From Chrysomallon squamiferum (Eukaryota > Animalia > Mollusca), in contig CM022667.1 of the NCBI GenBank assembly GCA_012295275.1, positions 8,742,001 to 8,806,000 on the forward strand: a stretch of 64,000 nucleotides of DNA, in the 5' to 3' direction. Made by a program: the position numbers and the translations under genes. The notes under the pieces were generated by a model. It was given only the letters and a program-made list of their open reading frames with translations. It was not told the origin of the DNA and made no database searches. The first letter of the stretch is position 1. The number at the start of each line of letters is the position of its first letter. This document shows, one piece after another, positions 1 to 11,821 of the stretch.

Positions 1-583
1 TAATCTTTTCACTAGCAATAATATCTTCACTACCAGTATTCATCTCTTAATGTATTCTTTTCACTAGCAATAATGTCTTTACTAGCAGTATTAATGTAAA
101 TATTAATCTTTTCACTAGCAATAACATCTTCACCACCAGTATTAATGTAAATATTAATCTTTTCACTAGCAATAATGTCTTTACTAGCAGTATTAATGTA
201 AATATTAATCTTTTCACTAGCAATAACATCTTCACCACCAGTATTAATGTAAATATTAATCTTTTCACTAGCAATAATATCTTTACTAGCAGTATTAATG
301 TAACTATTAATCTTTTCACTAGCAATAATATCTTCACCACCAGTATTAATGTATATGTTAATCTTTTCACTACCAATATTATCTTCACTGCCAGTATTAA
401 TCTCTTAATGTATTCTTTTCACTAGCAATAATGTCTTTACTAGCAGTATTAATGTAAATATTAATCTTTTCACTAGCAATAACATCTTCACCACCAGTAT
501 TAATGTAAATATTAATCTTTTCACTAGCAATAATATCTTTACTAGCAGTATTAATGTAAATATTAATCTTTTCACTAGCAATA
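1..583. repeat. 51-bp intronic minisatellite with alternating variants (RNF31 intron)
   Basis: TTCACTAGCAATA recurs at 111, 162, 213 (period 51). Two variants alternate (...aacatcttcaccacc / ...aatgtctttactagc). The 113-aa minus ORF is the 17-aa translation of this unit. Confidence 0.9.
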
Positions 584-691
584 TTACAGACTGTTTATTT
601 CTAAATATGGTTTATATTGTTAATTTTAGTTTATAAAATGTTGTATTATTATTATTATTATTAATATTAATTTATTTTAATTATTATTTAG

Positions 692-3098
692 TGTGGTAAT
701 GGTTTTGTGTACCAGGGGTGGCAAAATGGGCATGGAAGGCTGGATATGACTTGTCCTCATTGTAGAAAGAAAACTTGTTTTGAATGCAAGAAACAGGTAA
801 ACAATAAACTAAAATGGTTATTTCTTAAAAGGCAATAATTATGTGTTTTTATGTTATGAAATTTATTTCATGTCTTATTTGTTGGTTTGTTTATTTTATT
901 TTATTGTATAATTAACTGGTTATATATTTCTTTCTTACGTTCTTTCGTATTTATTTATTTTGTTTGTTTGTTTGTTTATTTGTTTTTTGATATTTGTTTT
1001 ATTAATTTATTTGTTTATTTAATTCTTTTTTCTTTCTTTTGTTCTTTATTCATCTGTTTTATTTATTTATTTATTTACTACTATTACCACTACTACTGCT
1101 GTCATTTATTTATTTCTCAGTGGGTGGATCAACACACTGGACTGACATGTCAGCAGTATGAACAGTGGACAATTGACAATGACCCCAAAAACCAGGCTCT
1201 TGGTCTGGCGAAGCATTTGGAGGAGAGTGGCATTGGTAAAAGAGACAATTTTAATTTGAAATCTTTACTTGTGTTACTTTACTACTGTTCTGGTAGAAGT
1301 ATTTGGTCTGTTTGTAATTTGGACTACACTGACAGTAAACCATCTATATAATTATGAAATATCTTATATAAATTTAAAAAAAAAAAAAAAAAAAGCTAAA
1401 AAATTTGTTTTATTCAGTTTATATTTTTCTATGTGATCTGTAATTAGTTTTATTTGTTTTATAAAGGACGTTTACAAATTGCACTGATAATCGACTCTGT
1501 CAGTGGATAATGTTTATCTGTAATTGTATTTCTAGACTGTCCCAGTTGTAAGATGCGGTACTCTCTGGCTAAAGGTGGCTGCATGCATTTTAAATGTCCT
1601 CAGTGTGCATATGACTTCTGCAGTGGCTGTAACCAACAGTTTAGTAAAACAGCGGTAAGAAACAAGTGATATTAAAACTTGTAGGAACACACTGAGTGAA
1701 ATGTCTAAAACTGAGGTTACACCAAAACAAAATGGAGTCGTATTTTAAATTATGGTATATATATTAAAAAAAATTTAAAAAAATAATAATAATAATAATA
1801 ATCCCATAATCATATTTAAACAAATAAAAATAAAAGTTGACATATTTAAACTGTTTTTTTTTGTGTTTTTTTTAAAAACAAGAAGAAAAAAGAACAGTCA
1901 TATTTAAACTGGTTAAAAAGAAATCACATATTGAAAGTGTTTAAGAAGAGAAATTATCACGTTTACAAAGATTAGTTTTCTTTGTGTGTGTGTAGTTGAG
2001 TGTTTTTACATTTGTTGACAAACTTTGAAGTGTATTACATTTATTTAAGTCTATTTTTTTCACCTGTTAATTACAAGTTAATTTAGTTTGCAGTCATGTT
2101 AGTAATTAACATTTTTACCTATGTTTTGTTTTTGACGAAAAGTGTAAGGGATTCAAGTCGTGTAAGAGTTCAGGCTTACACTGTCATCATCCACGAGACT
2201 GTTTTTACTATCTCCGTGACAACGATGTAAATGAACTTCAAATTCTGCTCAAGGTTTGTGTTTTTTATTTTCAACTGTAATCTGTGCTATACTGGTTTAT
2301 TTTTCGAAAAATTTAAATTACAGTATTCTACTCAATGTTTCAGATCGGCAAAGTGGATTTCAACATGATAAAACTGTTATATTTCAGATCAGCAAAGTGG
2401 ATTTCAACATGATAAAACTGTTATATTTCAGATCGGCCAAGTGGATTTCAACATGATAAAACTGTTATATTTCAGATAGGCAAAGTGGATTATATTTCAG
2501 AGAGGCAAAGTGGATTTCAACATGATAAAACTGTTATATTTCAGAGAGGTAAAGTGGATTTCAACATGATAAAACTGTTATATTTCAGATAGGCAAAGTG
2601 GATTTCAACATGATAAAACTGTTATATTTCAGATCAGCAGAGTGGATTTCAACATGATAAAACTGTTATATTTCAGAGTGGCAGAGTGGATTTCAACATG
2701 ATAAAAGTGTTATATTTCAGATAGGCAAAGTGGATTTCAACATGATAAAACTGTTATATTTCAGATAGGCAAAGTGGATTTCAACATGATACAACTGTTA
2801 TATTTCAGATAGGCAAAGTGGATTTCAACATGATACAACTGTTATATTTCAGATAGGCAAAGTGGATTTCAACACAGCAACCCCAGAAAGACAACAGGAC
2901 AGGGAGCACTGTCCTGTGATGGAACAAAAAGAAGGAGCCTACGGCCACAAAGATGAAGCCTGTGGTCGAGAAGTTCCGCAGAATCACGCAGGTTTGTGTG
3001 TGTAAGTACCACTACCACTTCAATTATTATTATACTTACTACTATTACTACTTATTATTATTACTAATTATTATTATTATTATTATTATTATTACTAA

Positions 3099-3154
<56 letters not shown>

Positions 3155-3996
3155 TATTTTCATTATTGTTGTTGTTATTGGACTGTGACACAGAAATCAC
3201 TACAAGGAGTACTTGGTTGGACTGATAAACAAGAACAAGCTGGACCCAGTGTATATTATGGATATTGATGAGTTAAACAGACTGCTGAACAGGACAGACG
3301 TGAAGGCAGCGAGACCAAAGAAGGAGAGAAATGAAACTGACGAAGCTTTTCTTAAGAAGTACAGAGAGGTGCGTGTATTACTGTCCAGTGTGTCTGTCTG
3401 TGTGTGTGTGTGTGTTCGCGCGCATGTGTGTGAAAATGTATGTTTAGATCAGTTTATCTCTGGATTTGTGAATTATAAACATTTTAATCTTTATTATTAT
3501 AGATACAAAATGTTTATTTTAAGGTCAACGAGTAATTAAAAATAAAATATTTAGATTTGTGTTTTTTTCCTTTTTTTTAACAGGTATATGAAATGAGAAA
3601 AGCTGTGATTAATGAATTAAACAAACATTAATTATTATACTATTTCATGTTCCCATTTTTTTTTTTGTTATCTTTATTTGCTGGAAATGTATGTTTTGAG
3701 ATGGGCAGTAAATATTTTTATACTGATTATAGAATATGTAAATATTTATTTATATAATTTTTATTTTTTATTCTTAAAGTTATAATAATAATCATAATAT
3801 ATCTTGATTTGGCAGAAAATATTTTGTGTTTTAATTTTTATTCCATCTTTCATGTTAAGATAGTAAACTTGCTAATCTGGCTGTCAAGTATCTTAATATT
3901 TATTGTAGAATAACAATACATATAAATTTATAAATACATTACTTTGTTTTTTATTTTCAGTTTGTTAAAATCAAGATACCCTTGGAACGCCACTGA
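692..3996 (+). CDS. RNF31: RNF31/HOIP RBR E3 ubiquitin ligase (LUBAC), last 7 coding exons: IBR, RING2 and LDD; 5' part lies upstream of the window
   Basis: Exons 692-796, 1121-1235, 1536-1654, 2143-2253, 2853-3001, 3194-3368, 3961-3996 join in phase with GT-AG introns. RING2 reads CPSCKMRYSLAKGGCMHFKCPQC (catalytic Cys/His). LDD motifs LHCHHPRDCFYYLRD, CPVMEQKE, HYKEYLVGLIN...LDP. Ends KIPLERH*. Confidence 0.93.
2338..2874 (+). repeat. 44-bp tandem repeat made of a 3' splice site plus the first 22 nt of an RNF31 exon (13 acceptors)
   Basis: Unit TGATAAAACTGTTATATTTCAG|ATAGGCAAAGTGGATTTCAACA. TTTCAG ends at 2343, 2387, 2431, 2475, 2500, 2544, 2588, 2632, 2676, 2720, 2764, 2808, 2852. Confidence 0.95.
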
Positions 3997-4986
3997 GTGA
4001 ATAATGTCAGGAAAAGTGTGGGTGAAAACAACAAATTCAGCATAATGTTGTAAATAAAAGACAAAACTTCATCAGTGAAAATTTGGATCAGGCTGTGTTA
4101 ATTTTTGGTAACAAAAATCTTACAAAGTAACAGGTTAATGAAACACATATTTTAAATATCGATTTGAAATAATATATATAATAATCAAAAACTGATACCC
4201 TTGTATACAATATCTTTGGTGATACCAACAAATGGCTGCAATCTTTATTTCATGACTGAATAATATAAAAAAGTTTATACAGATCTTTGTTAATAATTGA
4301 AGTATGACAATAACGTAAAACAATAAAGCACTTTGCCATTTTAGACAACTACTTTTTCTACGTATAAGGATTACAACAAAAAAGAATCCACAGCAGACAG
4401 AATTTGACAAACTGTTCAAGTGAATTTCTAAGTCTGTCAGTATAAAATGGCTTCCTGAAAAATGACAGCCTTCATCCTTGTAATTAATAAAGCCTGTTTG
4501 TTTATACCACCAACAAACAGTTTAACACATTCTGTAAAATGATATCTGATAGAGAGATATGAATTGAAGTCAGTTTGTCAATTGTACATTAAATCAAATC
4601 AAAAATTATCATTGAAAAACGTTAATCAGAAACAGAAAAAATAGGGTACCAAAAACTAAATAATAATTAAATCAATAATTTATATAATAACAGGATTTTT
4701 TTTTTTTTTTTTTTTTTTAAAGAAAGAAGAAAATGAAGTTGTTATTTCAAAAAATCATTATATTTGAGGTCAGAAAAAAATATGTTGTAATACAATTTTA
4801 ATGATTGGAATTCAAGAAAGCTAATTTAATTCTTAACACGTTTGTTTTTATAAAGAATAAAGTAAACTGTTTTGTTTTGTGTATTTTTGTTCTGCTGACT
4901 AACAGAGATTGTCTCATCACTAAAGTGTTTAATTTTATTAAAACATTATTATGCAGGTAGTACTAACATTAATATTCTGTCTGTAT

Positions 4987-5025
<39 letters not shown>

Positions 5026-5588
5026 ATGGGTGTGTGTGTGTGTGTGTGTAAGAAGGAGAGAAACAAATACATAGGTACATACAGACACATACAAGGAAAA
5101 AGATAAAAATATACATACATACACATACAGAGATAAAAATGGATAAAAAATTATTTTGAAATCTTTTCTGGACCATTAAAAAAAAAAATAATTACAACTT
5201 CTTTTCCACACAAATAAATAACCACACGATATTTTATTGTACATCTTCCCCTCCTTAACTGTCATTACTCAGATTAATACGTGCATGTGTGTACCTTTAC
5301 ATGCCTGTGATTTGTATTTTGTATTCCATCAGTCAGGTATTTATTGTTTATTTTTACTGTTGATCAGCAGACATTATTTATATATGTATACTGTTATATT
5401 TACATTAGTTTTTCGAAAGCAAATTTTCTTGTTACTTACTGTTATTTAAAAGTCCTGTGTCTTTGATAATCATTCCTTATATTTAACTTGCTTTTGTGAA
5501 TAGATTACCGGTCATAATCCAGATCACTATTAAAAAATGTATGTATATCTGAGTGTACATATATTAGTGATTATATATACACATGTAC

Positions 5589-5628
<40 letters not shown>

Positions 5629-8308
5629 TATTAATACTTGTGTGTTTTATTATTTAAACTATTCATATTGTGATAGAAGTTCTTACAGTGCTTCCTCAAG
5701 CTGTTTCTTTTTTTAGAAATTGATAACAGACTGAATTTGTCAAAGTCTAACACACAGGAGTACGAACAGAGTCAGAATATGCTGCCTTTCAGTCAGTGAT
5801 TTTGATTGTATTAGGGCAAACTTTGCTAATAATAAAGTATGACAATAAAATAATAATGAAAGCGCATCAGTTGTAACATTTTTGCTTTCATTTTATTACT
5901 TTTTGTAAAAACAAATTTAAATTTAAAAATAAAGAAAGAACTGACACCCAATTAATAGCAGATGAAAAGTGCTGAATTTTTGTTTGTATTGCAAGTATGA
6001 CCGACTTCACCATGTCTGACTTTTCAAGTTTCATACACTGTTCACTGGATGAGTGACCCTACATCAGAAACCTTTAATAAACGCAATGTGACCATAACTT
6101 CCTTAAGTTTTAAATTCTTATAGAACTAGACTAACATAACTGTTTAAAAAAAAGTAAATAAAAAAAGAAACACAAACTTGTCATATTTATCCCTGTGTGA
6201 TTTTATATTTGCCTTTTAATATTTTCATATAACTTCAAATTCATGTAATGCATTATTATTTTTAAATGTTTCACTGACTGAGTCTTGATGTAGATGAGTC
6301 TCAACTGCAGTTACTCTTTTTTTATATATTTTTTATATTACTTTTTACTCTCATGATTAGAAGGAACTGAAATTCATAGTTGAGATAATTATATGTGTAA
6401 TAAAGAGAAGTAATGTGTAGGTGGACTTGATCAGATACAAAAATTAATCATTTTCTACCTCTGAAAAGTGAACTTAACAATAACATACAATAAACATACA
6501 ATAACAGTACCCATGTCACGTTATATTCAGATAACCAATCATAATGTAGCCATCAGTATAGTTAACCAATAGGAACACAGCCAAATGTTTTTCGTGGTTA
6601 AATACTGTGAATGCTCTATTCTGATTGGTTAACTACGTGTTTTTCTGAAACCCTGTCTAATAAATATTACAGATGCGTTTATATTTCTTCTTATTTTAAA
6701 GGTAATATCTTTGAAATAAGTTTAATTATTTCACCATAGTATTATTAATATTCTTATCTCGTTTTAATTGCAGATTTTATGAAAATATAACAAAACATTG
6801 AATAATTTTAAAGTGTAATATGATTATTCAGCTTGTTAATAAACTTCCATTATTTTTCAATTTGATTTCAAATACCATTTACCCTGATCAGAATATTCAT
6901 GAAATTATTTTGAATTTTTTTGATAAAATTACAACACTATATAATGATGAAAAGTTATGATTATTTGATATTTATTTTTAAATTTTATGTCATATTGGTA
7001 ATAACACGTTGGGAATTTTTCCCAACAGAGAGACACTACAGCTGCATAATGATAATGATGACAATTATAGAAACCAAAATATTAACTCTTTGTCAACCAT
7101 AAAGAAGTTTCTCTTTCTTAATTTACATTTTTTAATTTTTGAGAGAATCATTTAATATTGAAAATTCCATCAGTGTTATTCAAATTATCTGTCAAGACTA
7201 TGCACAGTAATGTTTTGTTTTAATTTTATTATTATTATTATTATTATTATTACATTTTTCTTCCTTTGTTTTTGTTTTTTTATTTTGTACATCAGTAAAT
7301 TTTACTTATGGTTTGTTAGTGCTGTGTATATGCGTTTGTCACGTGACCCAGAGTCAGAGGTATTTAAAAACTTATTAATGTTAAAAACATTGACAGAATG
7401 AAACAATAAAGTGACTGAAATTAATATTTGTGTCATGTGTTGTTATTATATAAATTTATTTTATTTATTAATTTTATTATTACTATTATTTTATTAATCA
7501 AATATGTTTGGTGGCAGTCAATGAATGAGATCTGTTACAAATAAAACCAGCTTCATGTAATAGACAAAAATAATTACTGAATCTATTTTATGCTAATTTT
7601 TAATATTGATATAATTCTTTTGCAAAATAAATAATTTCATAGTTGTGATAAACAGAGTTTATACATTTTTAGTTTACCTGATACTATTAATGTTGCTTAA
7701 AATCATTAGACTAAGAAAAAAACATCCCAAAGATTTGTTAGTTTGTGTCAGTTGTTCTCGCAAGTTGTAATTTCGTATTATCTCCCTTGTTGAGATCTTT
7801 ATCGTTTCCATGTCAACAAATGGCGTCGATCGACAATTTATTACATTGGGTCTTGGATGACACTAACTTGACTAAGTGTTTTGGTTGTTCAAAAATAAAG
7901 AAAAGCGTAGAGTAAAAGAAAAAGATAACTAAAACTGTATGTTTCTATGAAATGTTGATACTTCTTTTTTGTTGTAAAAATGATTTTGCTACTGTAATTA
8001 TTTGTTAATATTATTATATCGAGACTTGGTGACTTTCTACGTTTCTCGATAGGTAACCATGATAGTTCAGCTTTGATATAATCCAAAATAACCCTTACAA
8101 TGCTTGAAACTTTCTTTAGTGAAAACAAAATATATATATTCCTGTTATAATGTGACCGATAAATACAGGTGTCAAATCGCTTTTGATTCAGGTATCGTGG
8201 TTTGAGTCATGTCAAATTTATTGTATGAATTCCGGGTATTTGTTCTAGGTCTGTCGCAGAATTCTTAGTGTAAATCAGACTCTTTGTTAATTATTTTAAC
8301 AAGATAAA

Positions 8309-8340
<32 letters not shown>

Positions 8341-8349
8341 CTTCTTCTT

Positions 8350-8380
<31 letters not shown>

Positions 8381-8592
8381 TTATTATTATTATTATTATT
8401 ATTTGATCATAAAAACTCATAATTTTCATCATCATAATCATTATTATTAATTATTTTTACTTAGTTCTTGTAATTATAGTCACTTTATTAATTATTATTA
8501 TTATTATTATTGCTATTATTATTGTTATTTTTATTGTTGTTATTAACAGATGATCTGATATGGATATCTCTTGATTACAATATATAAACAAG

Positions 8593-8871
8593 ATGGCGAT
8601 GGGAGGCTGGGGTAAACGAGCAGCGAACAGGAATTGATCGTAAACAGTTTGAACAGGATGAACTACTCAAGTCTTTGGGGACACAGTTCAACGTGGACTT
8701 CACTGGATATGAACAATGGCAGAGACAAACGAAGGTGGTGAAACCAGTTCAGAAACTGACATTTGCCAAAACAACATCAGATGGTAAATACCAAAACAAA
8801 AAGTATAAAGTTTGTAATATATACACACACTCAGATGTGCATGCACCCACACACACACATACATATACATG

Positions 8872-8936
<65 letters not shown>

Positions 8937-10039
8937 AAATATCACTTAGTATATATATAGAAAATATTGCTGTTTAGCACATATGTATTTAGAAATTCAT
9001 AATATTTCTTGTAGCTGTTTGGTGATCAGCATAAATTTGTCATGTTAATTTTAATAGCAGTTTAATTTATGTTTCATATAAGTTTATATTTTAGTGGTTT
9101 ATGAGCACTAAATCTAGTCTTATCATTATCATTCTAAATAAATAAAATATAAAAGTGTGCAACACCTTGAAAATAGTACAGACACTTGATTTTTTAATTT
9201 TTAATGTAGAAAAAGAAAATTTATAATAAGTTTTGTTACCCTGTTTTTTTATTCTTGTTTTTGCAACAACCAGAAAATAATACAGACACTTGAATTTTTA
9301 ATTTTTAATTTTGAAAAAAACAATTTGTATAATACTTTTTCTGAACCTGTTATTTTATTCTTGTTTTTCACTTGAATGTAAAGTAAATATTGATCAAAAA
9401 TGAGTTGTTCATTATAAAGATTTGTGAAATTAATCGATTGTTTGTGGTTTGTTCACCAGAGACGTTTGTTGTCGGGCGTGTCAAGTCGTCAGACTCGGGC
9501 AGACACATCATCACAAACAAAGAAAAGAAAACAGCGGCAAAGTTAGAGGAGGAGGAGAAACAAAGAGCAGAACGAATTAAAATGTTGAAAGTTTGTATTA
9601 TTTGTAAACAACTGTTTGTTGAGTGCATGTGTGTGTGTGTGTGTGTATTGTATGTTTGTTTGTATTAGTGTGTGTCTGCATGTTACATGTTTGTGTATTG
9701 TGTGTGTATCAGTGTATGTATGTGTGTGCTTTTGTATGTTGAACTTGTGTGTATGTGTGTGTGTGCATTAGTTTTTTTGAGAGAGTATAAATGCATATAT
9801 GATAAACAATTTAATTTAATTTTTAAATAATTTAATCAAATATAAAATAAATAATAATTGGTCATATAATGGGTCACATTATTATCATCGTTATTATCAT
9901 CATCATTGCTATTATTATTATTACTGTTATTTTTATTGTTATTATTATAACTGTTATTATTATTACTATTATTATTACTATTATTACCATTATTACTATA
10001 ATTCTTATTATTATTATTAACATTATTATTATTATTAAC

Positions 10040-10071
<32 letters not shown>

Positions 10072-11735
10072 TAATGTTATTTATTAATTATTACTGCTGT
10101 TATATCATCTTCTTGTTGTTACAGTTAATAGTGTTTTAATATTTTTATTTGTTTAGTTGCGACTGAGAACACGAAAACAGGCTGTGTCTGATTATCTTAG
10201 AAGATACAACACACTGTATCCTTATTTCAGCATTTTACTAACACTTCACTTCATCCATTCCTCTTTACAGCTACTAAGTAGTAAAAAAAAAAAAACAGTA
10301 TTAAAAAACCAAAAATGCATATATATGAAGCAGTTTGGTGATCCACGACCAATAGGGTGTGATCAAGAAACATATGTTACACTCTACTGACTTAGCTAAA
10401 TTTAAATTTTCCATTATCCACTGACAGCATGAGATACTTTTGTGTCTAACAGTCCTCTCTGCTGTGTACATATACTTCCATTTCAGTTAAAACTTTGTCA
10501 CAGTTCAGTTGTTTCAATTTATAAAAGTCTTAATGATAATACATATATTAGATCCTTTGAAATAATTTACTCAGTAACAGTTGGATGGATTTGAACCCAG
10601 AACATCTGTTCTGTTACAGAGCTGGGACATTTCCTACTACCACAGCTATAGCACTTGTATGCTTGGCACCACCAAAAGGTTACATCTAATAACAGAATAT
10701 TTTAACTTCACACTATCAACATTTATATTTTATTCTACCGTTTTGCTTGATACACCATATTTATACTTCAGTTATACTGGATGCTATCCACAGTTATACT
10801 GGATACAACCACAGTTTTACTGGATACTATCATAGTTATATCAGATACTAACTCATCTGTAGTGGATGCTACCACATATACATTGGATACTGCTTCAGTT
10901 TTAGTGGATATGACCACATTTATACTGGATGTTACCAACAGTTTTACTGGATACCACCACAGTTAAACAGGATACTACTTGCAGTGGATACTATGACATT
11001 TATAATGAATGCCCCTCACAGTTATACTGATTACTACCATAGTATACTGTATGCTATAGCAGTTATCCTGGATACTGCCACATTTATATTGGATACTATC
11101 TCAGGTATCAAGGATACTTCCAGTTATACTTCACATATGTATTTGATACTAATTCATTTATTTTGGATTCTACAACAGTTATGCTGGATACTGCCACATT
11201 TATATTGGATACCATGACAGTCATATGGGATACTACCTCATTTATACTGGATACTATCATAGTTATACTTGATACATTTAAACCTACTTCATTTAAACCT
11301 ACTTCATGTATACCTAATACTACTTTATTTAGACCTAATACTACTTTATTTAGACCTAATACTACTTTGTGTATATCTGATACTACTTATTTATAACTAA
11401 TTCTACTTAAGTGCTACTTCTTTTGTTCTTTTTACATTTGCACTTCCTTAACATGTTTAGCTTGGATGAGAACATTAGACTGAAAGAAGCCATTGAAGGG
11501 AAAGAAAAAGAAGCAAGTGACAGTGTGAAAAAACTGCTCAGAAAATATGAAAAATTTCGAGTAAGTTCTTAAGGCAAAAAGTATGCTAAATACAAAACTT
11601 TTTGTTTGAAGCATATCTACAATGAAACTTTGTAAATACTGATACAGGTACACTAAATACAGATTTTTTTGTGATGTAGACACATTAAATAAAAACTGTA
11701 TATTTAACTGAACTGTATATTTTTAGTCAAGCAAG

Positions 11736-11821
<86 letters not shown>

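Noticed and set aside
47-388. 113-aa hydrophobic ORF
   Set aside because: Antisense translation of the 51-bp intronic repeat; no independent coding evidence.
2338-2874. CRISPR-like regular repeat
   Set aside because: No unique spacers, eukaryotic intron context, no cas genes.
4938-5176. HTHTHT/CVCVCV ORFs (also near 8.7, 15, 16 and 24 kb)
   Set aside because: Translations of (CA)n/(TG)n microsatellites.
9869-10087. Poly-Ile/Leu transmembrane-like ORFs (also 2953, 42020, 61764, 62899)
   Set aside because: Translations of (ATT)n and AT-rich intronic tracts.
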